Position numbers and translations under genes: made by a program
The notes under the pieces: generated by a model
Told to the model about the DNA's origin: nothing
The model's input: the letters and a program-made list of their open reading frames with translations, nothing else
Databases searched by the model: none
Shown: in pieces, positions 22,958 through 34,543 of the stretch
Position numbering within the stretch: the stretch's first letter is position 1
How the letters are laid out: each line of letters opens with the position of its first letter
Source of the DNA: an uncultured Deinococcales bacterium
GTDB taxonomy: Bacteria; Deinococcota; Deinococci; Deinococcales; JAAFIG01
Direction: 5' to 3'
NCBI GenBank assembly: GCA_964244895.1
Contig: CAXTKV010000003.1
Location: 1 to 59,830 of the forward strand
Length of the DNA: 59,830 nucleotides

Positions 22958-23044
22958 ATGCCCTGGCTGCTGATCGGGATCTGGGCGCTGGTGATGCTGG
23001 TGCTGGCCTGTGCCGTCCTGGCGATTCCTCGAGATCCAGATTGA
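22958..23044 (+). CDS. Candidate 28-aa single-TM small protein
   Basis: MPWLLIGIWALVMLVLACAVLAIPRDPD; mostly G/C-ending codons; below ORF-track cutoff. Confidence 0.35.
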   Translation: MPWLLIGIWALVMLVLACAVLAIPRDPD

Positions 23045-23207
23045 GCCGGGAACGGGATGTTAGGAACCTCGCTGGCGCTTGGCTTGAAAACACTGTCCAG
23101 CACGCGAATTCGCGCTGGATGGTTTCGCCTGAAATCCCCTCGTGCGAGCGACGATACAGACAGATTCGGTGCGCTATGGGTAGCCTCTGCGGGGAACAGG
23201 AGGCAGC

Positions 23208-23849
23208 ATGAACATCGGCATCATCGGTTCAGGGCAGGTCGGGCAGCAACTCGCGAAGGATCTGGCGGGCTTGGGTCATACCATCATGATCGGCACGCGG
23301 GACGCGAGCAAACTGGCGGAATTCACGGGGGCGAATCCTGCGGTCGGGATCGGTACGAACGCTGAAGCAGCTCAGTTCGGGGAGATCGTGCTGCTGGCGA
23401 CGCACTGGGAAGGAACACAGAACGCGCTGGCGCTGGCGGGAACCGAAAACCTGCGCGGCAAGACCGTCGTGGACATCACCAACCCGTTGGATTTTTCATC
23501 CGGCAAACCCGCGCTGGCGCTGGGCTGGAACACCTCGGCAGGCGAACTGGTGCAATCGTGGCTGCCGGATTCGCGGGTCGTCAAGGCGCTCAACATCGTC
23601 ACGGCGGCGGCCATGGCGCACCCGAAAACCTTCATCGGGGCTGACCCGGACATGTTCATCGCGGGCAACGACCCGGGCGCCAAGAAGGCCGTCTCGGACT
23701 TGCTCGAGAGCTTCGGTTGGGGTGTGGTTGACCTGGGCGATATCACCGCGAGCCGCTACATCGAACCGCTGGGGATGATTTGGATCACGCACGCGTTCAA
23801 TTCTGGCTGGAAGAACGTGCGCCACGGCTTCAAGATGATCAACAAGTAA
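23208..23849 (+). CDS. NADPH-dependent F420 reductase-like dinucleotide-binding enzyme
   Basis: IGIIGSGQVG, VVDITNPL, SRVVKALN, VDLG. Confidence 0.8.
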   Translation: MNIGIIGSGQVGQQLAKDLAGLGHTIMIGTRDASKLAEFTGANPAVGIGTNAEAAQFGEIVLLATHWEGTQNALALAGTENLRGKTVVDITNPLDFSSGKPALALGWNTSAGELVQSWLPDSRVVKALNIVTAAAMAHPKTFIGADPDMFIAGNDPGAKKAVSDLLESFGWGVVDLGDITASRYIEPLGMIWITHAFNSGWKNVRHGFKMINK

Positions 23850-23924
23850 CATCGTCCCGGACGGTCTTCTCGAGCAGCGCGCCAGATCAGCGGGCCGCGC
23901 CCGAGGTTCGAGGAAGGAGCATTC

Positions 23925-24590
23925 GTGTCCAACGTGGCTGCAATCGTGGGTGTCGGGCCAGGAATCGGGCTGGCGGTCGGCAGAACATTTGCGCGTGAGG
24001 GTTTTCGGGTGGCGCTGGTGGCGCGCGATCTGGGTAAGGTCGAGGGCTACGCGGCGCAATTTCGAGCCGATGGGCTCGAGGCGCAGGCGTTCAGCGGGGA
24101 CGCATCCGTGCCCGGTTCGCTCGAGGCCGCCATGAAGCAAGTCGAGGCGCAACTCGGCGCGCCGAACGTGCTGGTCTACAATGCCGCCGCGTACAATCCG
24201 GGCGCGCCCTCGAGCCTCAGCCGTCAGGTGCTGCAAGAAGGCTTCACGGTCAACGTCATTGGCGCTCTGGAAGCCACCAACGCCGTGCTGGACGGCATGA
24301 AAAAAAACGCGTCCGGCACGATCTTGTTCACCGGCGGCGGGCTAGCGCTCAACCCGTACAAGGATTACGCGTCGCTGGGGATCGGCAAGGCGGGCATCCG
24401 CAGCCTGGCGTTCGCTTACGCCCAGGAACTCGAGCCGGAAGGCATTCACGTCGCGACCGTGACGGTTGCGGGCAGCGTGAAGGCGGGCACAGCCTTCGAT
24501 CCCGATCGGATCGCGGCGCACTACTGGCGGTTACATACGCAAGAAAAAGGCGCGTGGGAAACCGAACACGTGTACGAGGGTGAAGCATGA
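23925..24590 (+). CDS. Short-chain dehydrogenase/reductase
   Basis: GVGPGIG, VYNAA, FTGG, GIHVATV. Confidence 0.85.
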   Translation: MSNVAAIVGVGPGIGLAVGRTFAREGFRVALVARDLGKVEGYAAQFRADGLEAQAFSGDASVPGSLEAAMKQVEAQLGAPNVLVYNAAAYNPGAPSSLSRQVLQEGFTVNVIGALEATNAVLDGMKKNASGTILFTGGGLALNPYKDYASLGIGKAGIRSLAFAYAQELEPEGIHVATVTVAGSVKAGTAFDPDRIAAHYWRLHTQEKGAWETEHVYEGEA

Positions 24591-25435
24591 GCATGACTGG
24601 AAAAACCGTGCTGGTGACGGGCGCGACGAATGGCATCGGCAAGATCGCGGCCCTGGAACTGGCCCGTCAGGGCGCGAACGTGGCGCTGGTGGCGCGCAAC
24701 CAAGCCAAGGGTCAAGCGACCCTTGAGGAGATCAAAAGCGCGACCGGGAACGCCAACCTGGAACTGTTCCTGGCGGATCTCTCCAGCATGGCGGAAATCC
24801 GAAAGCTCGCGGACGAGTTTAAGGCGAAACACGCCAGCCTGGACGTGCTGGTCAACAACGCGGGCGCATTTTACACGGAGCGCAAGCTCAGCCCGGACGG
24901 TCTGGAAATGACGTTCGCGCTCAATCACGTGGCCTACTTTTTATTGACCAACCTCTTGCTGGACGCGCTCAAAGCCGCACCGAAAGCCCGAATCGTGAGC
25001 GTCTCGAGTGCGGCGCACACGTCCGGCAAGATCAACTTCGATAACCTTCAGGGCGAGAAGAAATGGAGCGGCTGGCAGGCGTACAGCGATTCCAAGCTGG
25101 AAAACGTGCTGTTCACCTTCGAGCTGGCGCGCAGGCTCGGCGGATCGAGCGTGACCGCCAACTGCTTGCATCCGGGCTTCGTCAAGACCGCTTTTGGAAG
25201 CGGCAACACCGGGTTGGTGGCGAGCTTGCTGGGATTGGCCAAGAACCTGATGGCGATCACGCCCGAAGCGGGCGCGGACACGATCATTTACCTCGCCTCG
25301 AGCAGTGACGTGGAGGGCGTGACCGGCAGGTATTTCGAGAAGCGGCAGGTCAAAACTTCGAGCCCCGCGTCGATGGATCAGGGCACGCAAAAACGCTTGT
25401 GGGACGTGAGCGCGAAGCTGGTCGGGCTGGGTTAG
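24587..25435 (+). CDS. Short-chain dehydrogenase/reductase (retinol dehydrogenase-like)
   Basis: TGATNGIG, NNAG, YSDSK, HPGFVKT; ATGA overlap with previous gene. Confidence 0.9.
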   Translation: MSMTGKTVLVTGATNGIGKIAALELARQGANVALVARNQAKGQATLEEIKSATGNANLELFLADLSSMAEIRKLADEFKAKHASLDVLVNNAGAFYTERKLSPDGLEMTFALNHVAYFLLTNLLLDALKAAPKARIVSVSSAAHTSGKINFDNLQGEKKWSGWQAYSDSKLENVLFTFELARRLGGSSVTANCLHPGFVKTAFGSGNTGLVASLLGLAKNLMAITPEAGADTIIYLASSSDVEGVTGRYFEKRQVKTSSPASMDQGTQKRLWDVSAKLVGLG

Positions 25436-25736
25436 GTTCGGGGAACACCGTCCGGCGCGCAAATTTCAAATCTCGAAGAAACGCGTGCAGGACGGTGTTT
25501 TCTCGGGTTGGATCGCGCGGCGCGATTGGTGCGGTCACCCGCGCGTGCGGTTTTTACGCCCACCTGATTTCCCCGTGCCAAGCTGAATACGCGAGCGATC
25601 GTTCGCCTGGGTTCTTGATAACCCGCCCTCCCGACACGTGCAGCCCTGCTGCACTCCGTCTCGAGCGGCGTTCGTCTCTCTGAAAACCAAAAACCTATTC
25701 TCGGGGGCGCTAAGAACGACCCTCGAGCTTTTAATC

Positions 25737-26072
25737 ATGTCTATTTGCTTTTTGATCACATTCAACAATTTACTACTCGCGGCTATTGACAATGGCCGTT
25801 CCCTCACAGCCGAATTTGATGAGCTGATTTCCCACCTTAAAGAACCTGAAATCTTTCAGGAACGGATGCTGGACTTGATAGTCATTTGCAAAAAGCGAAG
25901 TTGTGAGGCCACCTGCGAGCCAGCGTACACAAGGTTGCTTGAAAATCTTATGCGTACGCTGCAAATGTACAACAAGTTATGTGAAACTTCGCTCGACAAT
26001 GCGAAAAGTTTGGCGCATTTCTGGCTCGAGCAAGACAAGAATTTTGCGAAAACAATTTTTTGGGAGGAGTAA
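25737..26072 (+). CDS. AT-rich orphan hypothetical protein
   Basis: 111-aa ORF in a visibly AT-rich patch, followed by a hairpin at about 26077-26111; start uncertain. Confidence 0.4.
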   Translation: MSICFLITFNNLLLAAIDNGRSLTAEFDELISHLKEPEIFQERMLDLIVICKKRSCEATCEPAYTRLLENLMRTLQMYNKLCETSLDNAKSLAHFWLEQDKNFAKTIFWEE

Positions 26073-26203
26073 AACCGAACCGGAACTTGAGTTTGACTCT
26101 CGTTCCGGTTTGTTGTGTTTCTTCAGTTCAGCCAGCAGAACCCTGAACGTGGTTCCACACACAGATCTCTAGTCTCGAGAAATGCGTGTGGGACGGTGTT
26201 TTT

Positions 26204-27319
26204 TTAGATTGTTTCGAGAAAACGAACGACCTGCTCGCCGAGTTGAGCCGTCTCGAGCAGAAAAGCATCGTGACCGTGCGGGCTTTCCAGTTCCCAGTAG
26301 GTCGCGTTCGGGATGGTCTGCGCGACCTCACGCACTTCACCGGGCAGGTACAGGATGTCGCTCGAGATGCCCACGCACAGCACGGGCTGCACAATCCCCG
26401 CGAGCTGCGCGGGCGTCAGATCGAACCAGTCCATCGCCCGAGAAATCGTGATGTAGCTGTTGGCATCGAAGCGTTCCAGGAGTTTCTCGCCCTGATGCTC
26501 CAGGTAGGTTTCTATTCCGAAGCGGGCCGCATCCACCGGGCTGGGGCGGCGACCCTGCGTGATCTGAAACGATTCCGGCGACCTGAAAAACAGCGTCGTG
26601 ATCGCGCGCGCCAGCGCCAGCCCTTTGGGTTGCGCGGCGTAGCGTCCGCCCCGAAAATCCGGGTCGTTCTGAATCGCCATGCGCGCCAGGTGGTTGAAAA
26701 TGATGCCCCACGGCGAATGCCTGGGCGGTGCGCCGATGACCACGCCCGCACCTACGAATTCCGGGTAGAGGCGCAACCACTCCAGCGCCTGCATGCCGCC
26801 CATGCTGCCACCGACCACTGCGCGCACTTTCCTGACGCCCAGGTGATCTGCCAGCGCGCGCTGCACGCGCACCATGTCCTGAATCGTGATTTCCGGGAAG
26901 GTTGGGCCGTAATCCCGATCCGAGTTCGGGTCTGGGCTGGCTGGCCCGGTCGTGCCGTAACACCCGCCCAGCACGTTGGAACAGATCACGAAATCGCGTT
27001 CCGTGTCCAGCATTCTGCCCGGCCCGATCAGGTCAGGCCACCAGCCCGACGCGCCTCCCACGCTCGAGGAGCCCGTCAGGGCGTGGCAGACCACGACCGC
27101 GTTGTCTTTGGCCGCGTTGAGCTTCCCGTAGGTGTTGAACGCCACCCGCACCGGCGCGAGCGTTCCCCCGCGCTCGAGCGAGAGCGGCTTGGCGGCGGTA
27201 AAGACCGTCGCGTAGCGCGTTTCTCTCGCGTCCGGGCGCGGTTCGGGGAACAGCACCCTGGCCTCGTAGTCACCGAGGGTTTCGACGTGCAGATCGCGTT
27301 CTGGTTTCAGCGCTGTCAT
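26204..27319 (-). CDS. metX: Homoserine O-acetyltransferase
   Basis: CHALTG, NVLGGCYGTTGP, GGSMGG, HGHDAFL. Confidence 0.92.
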   Translation of the reverse strand: MTALKPERDLHVETLGDYEARVLFPEPRPDARETRYATVFTAAKPLSLERGGTLAPVRVAFNTYGKLNAAKDNAVVVCHALTGSSSVGGASGWWPDLIGPGRMLDTERDFVICSNVLGGCYGTTGPASPDPNSDRDYGPTFPEITIQDMVRVQRALADHLGVRKVRAVVGGSMGGMQALEWLRLYPEFVGAGVVIGAPPRHSPWGIIFNHLARMAIQNDPDFRGGRYAAQPKGLALARAITTLFFRSPESFQITQGRRPSPVDAARFGIETYLEHQGEKLLERFDANSYITISRAMDWFDLTPAQLAGIVQPVLCVGISSDILYLPGEVREVAQTIPNATYWELESPHGHDAFLLETAQLGEQVVRFLETI

Positions 27320-27442
27320 GTGAGTCTCTCAGTCGTTGCGCGAGATTCGCGGATGCACCTTTCTCGAGCCGCCAGATTCTCGAGAACACCGTCCCACACA
27401 CGAATTAAGGAATGTGTCCACAACAGTGTTCCCGAGGGTTGT

Positions 27443-28825
<1,383 letters not shown>

Positions 28826-29019
28826 CTAGTCACGAGTCACAGGTGAAATTCGGAGCCAGAGGAAACATCGTCCAGAACGCAATTCTGGGGTAAAACGATT
28901 CTCGTGTGTAGGACGGTATTCTCGAGCATGCGAGGGCTGGTCATCCGCCCAGAAGCCTTGGCTCACTTCTGAGTTCTGATCCCTGAGTTCTGACCACGTT
29001 CCTGACCGCGATCGACGTA

Positions 29020-29060
29020 CAAAACACTTCGCCCCTCCTCTCTCGAGAAGGGGCAAAACA
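29020..29060 (-). terminator. Probable riboswitch expression-platform terminator hairpin
   Basis: Minus strand TTTGCCCCTTCTC-gaga-GAGGAGGGGCGAA followed by GTGTTTT just 3' of the SAM-I aptamer. Confidence 0.5.
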
Positions 29061-29075
29061 ATGCGTTCGCGTCCC

Positions 29076-29289
29076 TTCCCCTATCTGCCCACGGCCATCA
29101 ACCTGAGGTTGCGCCGTAGCTGGAGTTAGCACCGAATGGTTCGGAAGAATTCTCGAAACTCAGATGAGAACAGAGCGAACCGTTCGGTCGCTGAACATTC
29201 GCATTCGCATCTGTGATTCGGTCATTCGTTTCCTCGTCGGTTGCTGCGGTTTCACAGGGCCAGTCCCTCCACCGCTCTCGATAAGAGAA
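29076..29289 (-). ncRNA. SAM-I (S-box) riboswitch with extended P3
   Basis: Minus strand CTCTTATCGAGAGCGGTGGAGGGACTGGCCCTGTGAAACCGCAGCAACC...GGTGCTAACTCC...AGATAGGGGA, upstream of metY-metX. Confidence 0.88.
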
Positions 29290-29504
29290 CCTGATTGTCG
29301 AGCCTTTCGGCTCGAGGGTGAGTGTAAGACGGGCGCGGGGTTCTGTCAACGAGCGGAGTCGCGAGCCGCAAGCCTCAAGCCTCAAGGTTTTGCCTTGCGG
29401 CTTGAGGCTTATGGTTCGCGGCCTATTGACCGTCCAGCACGCGATTCCTGACCTCCATGCCGGACGGCATCTTTTTCCTGGGCGCACCTGGGTAGGATGG
29501 GGGC

Positions 29505-29924
29505 ATGGCGGAATTGAACGAACGATTTCTCGAGTCCTTCAGGCGCGGCGAGCGCGACCGCGCGGCGGCCAACGACGCGATCACCAAAGGTTTGGCGCGC
29601 ATCCGAACGAGCCTGGACAAAACCGGGTTGGGTTTGAACATCGAAGCCAGCGATTACGACGGGTTGTTCTTGCGACCCGCCATGCGCGTCGTGCGGCGCG
29701 ACCTGGTGGACAACCGTCCGGGCTGGTGGGCGTACCTGGTGGTCAACACGACCGCGACCGGCTTGTCGTTTTCCGTGCGCGGCGGCTTCGGGCGCAAGAA
29801 CGAGCCGGATACGCTGCGCGACACCCTGCCCGATCAGACCCTGGAAACCGTCGAGGACGCGCTCAGCGCGCTCGAGGGCGTGGTCGAACGCGGCCTGTAT
29901 TACATCGGGACGCTCAAGCGCTGA
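29505..29924 (+). CDS. Hypothetical protein
   Basis: GC3-rich ORF; TAGGAT just upstream of ATG. Confidence 0.65.
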   Translation: MAELNERFLESFRRGERDRAAANDAITKGLARIRTSLDKTGLGLNIEASDYDGLFLRPAMRVVRRDLVDNRPGWWAYLVVNTTATGLSFSVRGGFGRKNEPDTLRDTLPDQTLETVEDALSALEGVVERGLYYIGTLKR

Positions 29925-30162
29925 GGGTGGTCGCGGGTCAGTCGTCAGGGGTCAGAGGAAAACCCGGTTGCTTCGGTTCTCGCCTCGACCTTGACACTCG
30001 AGAACACCGTGCTGGACAGTCTTTTGTGGGTTGAAGCTCAACGTTTGGCTTTCAGAGCGGCCCGAGCCGTTCCTCGAGATGCGCGCTTCAACCCGCCCGA
30101 CCTCTGACTTCTGACCCGTGAGGGCTTTTCCCGGCATAGAATGGCTCGCACCACCACCCCTT

Positions 30163-31359
30163 ATGAGCGATCCCAACACGCCCGATCCGCGCGAGAAAGC
30201 GCCCAAACCCGACCTGTTCGACGAAACCGAGCGCCCGACCTTGCTCGGCCCGGTGATTCTGGCGGACAAGCCGGACCCGCAAGAAGTCCTGCGCGCGCTG
30301 CTGCGTTCCAGGCGCGGCAAGCACAAGATTTACGTCGGGGCCGCGCCGGGCGTCGGCAAGACGTACCGCGCGATTCAGGAATTGATCGAACGAAAATCGC
30401 AGGGTGTAGACGCGATCATCGGTTTTCTGGAAGCGCACGGGCGCGCCGATGTCAAGGCCCTGGCGGGCGACCTGGAAGTTTTTCCGCGCCAGACGCTGGA
30501 ATTCAAGGGCGCCCAGATGACGGAAATGGACTTGAACGGCTTGCTGACCCGCAAGCCGCAACTGGTGCTGGTGGACGAGTTGCAGCACACCAACGCGCCC
30601 GGAGCCAAACACAAGAAGCGTTTCGTGGACGTGGATGAACTGCTGAACGCGGGCATCAGCGTGGTCAGCACGCTGAACATCCAGCACCTCGAGAGCCTGA
30701 TGGATCTGGTCGAACGCATGACGGGCGTGCGCGTCAAGGATCGCGTGCCGGACCGGGTGGTCTTGGAAGCGGACGAACTGGTGCTGGTGGATGTCACGCC
30801 GGAACAGTTGCAGGAGCGCCTGAAGGCGGGCAAGATTTACGCCAACGCCCGCATCGAGACGGCCTTATCCAGCTTTTTCACCGAAGAAAACTTGACGCAC
30901 CTGCGCGAACTGGCCCTGCGTCAGGTGGCGGATGCCGTCGAGGAAGCCCCGCAGCCCGAGGAAATGCTGGCGCGCGGCATGAAGGAACGCATCGCGGTAG
31001 CGCTGGAGGCGAAACCTGAATCGGCGCGCCTGATCCGGCGCGGGGCGCGCGTGGCGCAACGCCTGAAGGCCGAACTGCACGTGGTCTTCGTCGAAACGCG
31101 ATCCGTTTCGGCGTCCGAAAAGCGCACGCTGGAAGGGTTCGAGACGTTGACGCGCGAACTGGACGGCGAATTTCACACGATTCCTTCCAAGAACGTCACG
31201 GACGCCATCGTCAGTTTCACGCGCACCAACGACATCACGCAGATCATCATGGGTGAAACGCACCGCTCCAAATGGCAGGAGTTGCTGGGTGGCAACATCA
31301 TTCACGATGTCATGCGCCGCACGCACGACGTGGACGTGTACGTCATCGCGGATGAATGA
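30163..31359 (+). CDS. KdpD N-terminal sensor domain plus universal stress protein domain (no kinase domain)
   Basis: GAAPGVGKTY, LVDELQHTN, TLNIQHLESL, LRELALR, C-terminal USP. Confidence 0.85.
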   Translation: MSDPNTPDPREKAPKPDLFDETERPTLLGPVILADKPDPQEVLRALLRSRRGKHKIYVGAAPGVGKTYRAIQELIERKSQGVDAIIGFLEAHGRADVKALAGDLEVFPRQTLEFKGAQMTEMDLNGLLTRKPQLVLVDELQHTNAPGAKHKKRFVDVDELLNAGISVVSTLNIQHLESLMDLVERMTGVRVKDRVPDRVVLEADELVLVDVTPEQLQERLKAGKIYANARIETALSSFFTEENLTHLRELALRQVADAVEEAPQPEEMLARGMKERIAVALEAKPESARLIRRGARVAQRLKAELHVVFVETRSVSASEKRTLEGFETLTRELDGEFHTIPSKNVTDAIVSFTRTNDITQIIMGETHRSKWQELLGGNIIHDVMRRTHDVDVYVIADE

Positions 31360-31835
31360 AGGCGGCCCAGGGCGCACCTGAAATTCGAGCGCTCGAGATC
31401 ACAAACCGGGCCGTGGCTGAGCGCGTGCTGGAACTTCAGCGCGCCTCGTACCGCATCGAGGCCGAACTGATCGGTTTCCCTGACCTGCCGCCGTTGCTCG
31501 AGACGTGGCGTGATCTGGCCGAAAGCGGCGAGGTGTTCTTCGGCGCGTTTTCTGGTGATGCCCTGGCCGGAGCCATCTCGTACAAGCTTCATGGCACCGT
31601 GCTGGACGTTCACCGCGTCATGGTTGACCCGGATTTCTTCCGGCGCGGCATCGCGCGTGCGCTGGTGGAATTCGTGGAATCCCAGGAACCCGACGCGAAA
31701 CGCGCGATCGTCTCGACGGGCAAACAGAATGCGCCCGCCGTGAGCCTGTACCTGAAGCTCGGTTTTCGCGCCGTGGGTGATCTCGAGGTCGCGCCGGGCT
31801 TGTGGATCACGCGTTTCGAGAAGCTCTTGCGTTGA
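31356..31835 (+). CDS. GNAT family acetyltransferase
   Basis: VDPDFFRRGIARAL, NAPAVSLYLKLGF; ATGA overlap. Confidence 0.85.
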   Translation: MKAAQGAPEIRALEITNRAVAERVLELQRASYRIEAELIGFPDLPPLLETWRDLAESGEVFFGAFSGDALAGAISYKLHGTVLDVHRVMVDPDFFRRGIARALVEFVESQEPDAKRAIVSTGKQNAPAVSLYLKLGFRAVGDLEVAPGLWITRFEKLLR

Positions 31836-31940
31836 TCCATCCTCGAGAACACCGTCCTGCACGCAATTCGGATCTCACGTGCAGGACGATGTTCTTATCA
31901 TTGACCGCATTCCCTGAACCCGGCGCGTTATCCTCGGGTC

Positions 31941-32240
31941 GTGGTCATCGAATGGCTCAAAGTGCGCGTACCGCGCGACCTCCACGCCGGGTTTCTCGAG
32001 GCGGACGCGCGCATCTGGACGCCCACGCTGGCGGCTCAGCCGGGGTTCGTGAGCAAGCAAAGCTGGCAGGATGAAAATGAACCGGACGCGCTGGTGCTGG
32101 TGATCCACTGGGAGAGCCTGGCGCACTGGAAGGCGATCCCGGCGCAACTGCTGGCGCAGACCGAGCAACATTTCACCGCCGAGATGGGTCGGGCCTTCGC
32201 GTTCCTCGAGACGAAAACCTTCGAGGTCATCGGTGAGTAA
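31941..32240 (+). CDS. ABM-like (TIGR03792-type) dimeric barrel protein
   Basis: MVIEWL, AQPGFVSK, LVIHWESLAHWKAIP; TATCCT 7 nt upstream of GTG. Confidence 0.65.
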   Translation: MVIEWLKVRVPRDLHAGFLEADARIWTPTLAAQPGFVSKQSWQDENEPDALVLVIHWESLAHWKAIPAQLLAQTEQHFTAEMGRAFAFLETKTFEVIGE

Positions 32241-32367
32241 ATCTTCGCGAAGGTACCGTCCAGCACGCGCTTGCCCGTATACTCGAGCATATTGTCCAGT
32301 ACGGTCTTCTTGAAACGCGCGCCGAAGCTGAGAGCCCGCTCATTTGTTGTGCCCTACCCTAAACCTG

Positions 32368-33222
32368 ATGATCGAAGCGCGCACGACGAAACCTTCCAGA
32401 ATCGCGTTCTTCGCGCGGCAAGCCTTCAGCTTCTTGCTTCAGGGCGTGATCTCGAGCCTGTTCCCGGTGGTGATTCTGGTGACGCTGGGCGCGTCCGGGA
32501 TCGCGTACCGGCACGGGTTGGGCGTGCCGGGCGTGGCACGCTACGACCTGATTCTGATCGTGTGTCTGCTGACCCAGTACATCATGTGGCGCACCAAACT
32601 CGAGACGACCGACGAGGTGCGCGTGATCGCGGTTTTTCACCTGCTGGGATTGGCGCTGGAACTGTTCAAGACGGGCATGGGGCGCTGGTCCTACCCGGAA
32701 CCGAGCCTCTTTCGGATCAGCACGGTTCCCCTCTACAGCGGCTTCCTGTACGCGTCCGTGGCCAGTTGTTACTGTCAGGCGTGGCGTCGGATGGACTTGA
32801 AGCTCGAGCATTACCCCGGTTCAAAATGGCCGAGCGCGCTGGCGCTGGCGGTCTACCTGAACTTTTTTTCCAATCTGTTCCTGCCGGACGCGCGCTGGTT
32901 GATCTTCGCGGGCGTGGTCGCCGTGTACTGGCGCACGCGCATTCGTTTCAGCCTGAACCGCGTTGAACACGCCATGCCGTTGTCACTATCGTTCGTGCTG
33001 GTCGGGTTGTTCGTGTACGTCGCGGAGAACATCGGCACGTTCTACAACGGTTGGTTGTACCCGAATCAGCACTCGGGTTGGCGCTTGGTGGACACGGGCA
33101 AATGGAGTTCCTGGAGCTTGCTGGTGATCATCAGTTTCATCGTCGTGGCCGTGCTGAAGGATGTCAAGGCGCGCACCTCGAGCGTGCTCTGGCAGCGCGA
33201 CCAGCCGATCGCGGATGATTGA
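32368..33222 (+). CDS. DUF817 (YoaT-like) membrane protein
   Basis: RYDLIL, LETTDE, FHLLGLALELFK, VPLYSGFLYASV, AENIGTF, WLYPNQ. Confidence 0.8.
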   Translation: MIEARTTKPSRIAFFARQAFSFLLQGVISSLFPVVILVTLGASGIAYRHGLGVPGVARYDLILIVCLLTQYIMWRTKLETTDEVRVIAVFHLLGLALELFKTGMGRWSYPEPSLFRISTVPLYSGFLYASVASCYCQAWRRMDLKLEHYPGSKWPSALALAVYLNFFSNLFLPDARWLIFAGVVAVYWRTRIRFSLNRVEHAMPLSLSFVLVGLFVYVAENIGTFYNGWLYPNQHSGWRLVDTGKWSSWSLLVIISFIVVAVLKDVKARTSSVLWQRDQPIADD

Positions 33223-33449
33223 GGAACACCGTCTAGGACAGTGTTCTTTCGCATCTTAAAAACGCGTCCCCGACGGTATTCTCGAATTGAGTCCTCCGCC
33301 GCGCAGTCAGACACGGTAGCGCTGCGCGCTGTCGGTGGCTCGAGCCTCGCCGGGTTTTGGCCATCTCGAGCCGGAGGGGTTCGTCCAGACCGACCTTTCG
33401 TCATTAAGCAAAAAGCCTCGAGCCTCGATCTGCGTGCGAGACTGTAGGC

Positions 33450-34385
33450 GTGGCAGACCTTGGCTTCCGGGGACGTTTTGCGCCGTCTCCGACGGGTGAA
33501 ATGCACCTGGGGAATGCGCGCACGGCGATGATGGCGTGGTTGCAGGCCAGGGAAGCGGGCGGTGCGCTGATCTTGCGGATCGAGGATCTGGACTTGACGC
33601 GCGTGCGGGCGGGCGCGGAAGAAACCATCCTGCAGGATCTGGCGTGGCTGGGATTGGACTGGGACGAGGGGCCGGACGTGGGCGGGGCGTTCGGGCCGTA
33701 CCGTCAGTCGGAGCGCCTGGGACGCTACCAGGCCGCCGTCTCGAGGCTGCCGACTTACGGCTGCACTTGCACGCGCAAGGAGGTCTCGAGCGCGATCCTG
33801 GCGTCCGCCAGCGCCCCGCACGGTGACGAGCCGCGTTACGCGGGAACCTGCCGCGCGGGGCCGACACATCCGGGGCGTCCCGCCGCGACGCGCGTTCGCG
33901 TGCCGGATGGCGATGTCTGTTTCGATGATGGCCTGCGCGGTCGGGTCTGCCGGGACGTGCAGGGAAGCGTCGGGGATTTCGTGGTGCGCCGCAACGATGG
34001 CGTCTTCGCGTACCAGCTCGCCTGCGCCGTGGACGACCTGGAGATGCGCGTCACGGACGTGCTGCGCGGTCAGGATTTGCTGGAAAGCACGCCGCGACAG
34101 GTGATGCTTTTTGAAATGCTGGGCGCTCGAGCGCCACTTTCGATGCTGGGCGCTCGAGCGCCACGCTACTGCCACGTGCCGTTGATGACGGACTACCGAG
34201 GTGAACGGCTGGCCAAACGCGGCGGCGCACCGTCCATCCGGGCGATGCGCGAGGGCGGCGCGAACCCACAAGAGATCGTGGGCGATCTGGCGCGCAGTCT
34301 GGGCTGGGACGCGCCGCATCCGTGCGCGCCGAAAGACCTGATCGGAGCGTTCAGCCTCTGGCTCGAGCGGTCGCGAGCCGTTTGA
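33450..34385 (+). CDS. gluQ: tRNA glutamyl-Q(34) synthetase
   Basis: GRFAPSPTGEMHLGN, RIEDLD, YQLACAVDD, RGQDL, RLAKR; no anticodon-binding domain. Confidence 0.85.
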   Translation: MADLGFRGRFAPSPTGEMHLGNARTAMMAWLQAREAGGALILRIEDLDLTRVRAGAEETILQDLAWLGLDWDEGPDVGGAFGPYRQSERLGRYQAAVSRLPTYGCTCTRKEVSSAILASASAPHGDEPRYAGTCRAGPTHPGRPAATRVRVPDGDVCFDDGLRGRVCRDVQGSVGDFVVRRNDGVFAYQLACAVDDLEMRVTDVLRGQDLLESTPRQVMLFEMLGARAPLSMLGARAPRYCHVPLMTDYRGERLAKRGGAPSIRAMREGGANPQEIVGDLARSLGWDAPHPCAPKDLIGAFSLWLERSRAV

Positions 34386-34543
34386 TCTTCGGGTCAAAAA
34401 GGCCGTCCATCGGTGACGTGGAATCTCGAGCGCGTGCTCGACGGTCTGAACCAAAAAGACCCGATTCCAATCACACAATTCGCAAGATTCAGTGCTGATT
34501 TTGGACTGCACAGGCGACAAAAAATATCTACAGTGTCGAAGGC

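Noticed and set aside
30163-31359. Kinase-less KdpD as a novelty
   Set aside because: Truncated KdpD-USP proteins are known in Deinococcus, cyanobacteria and other groups.
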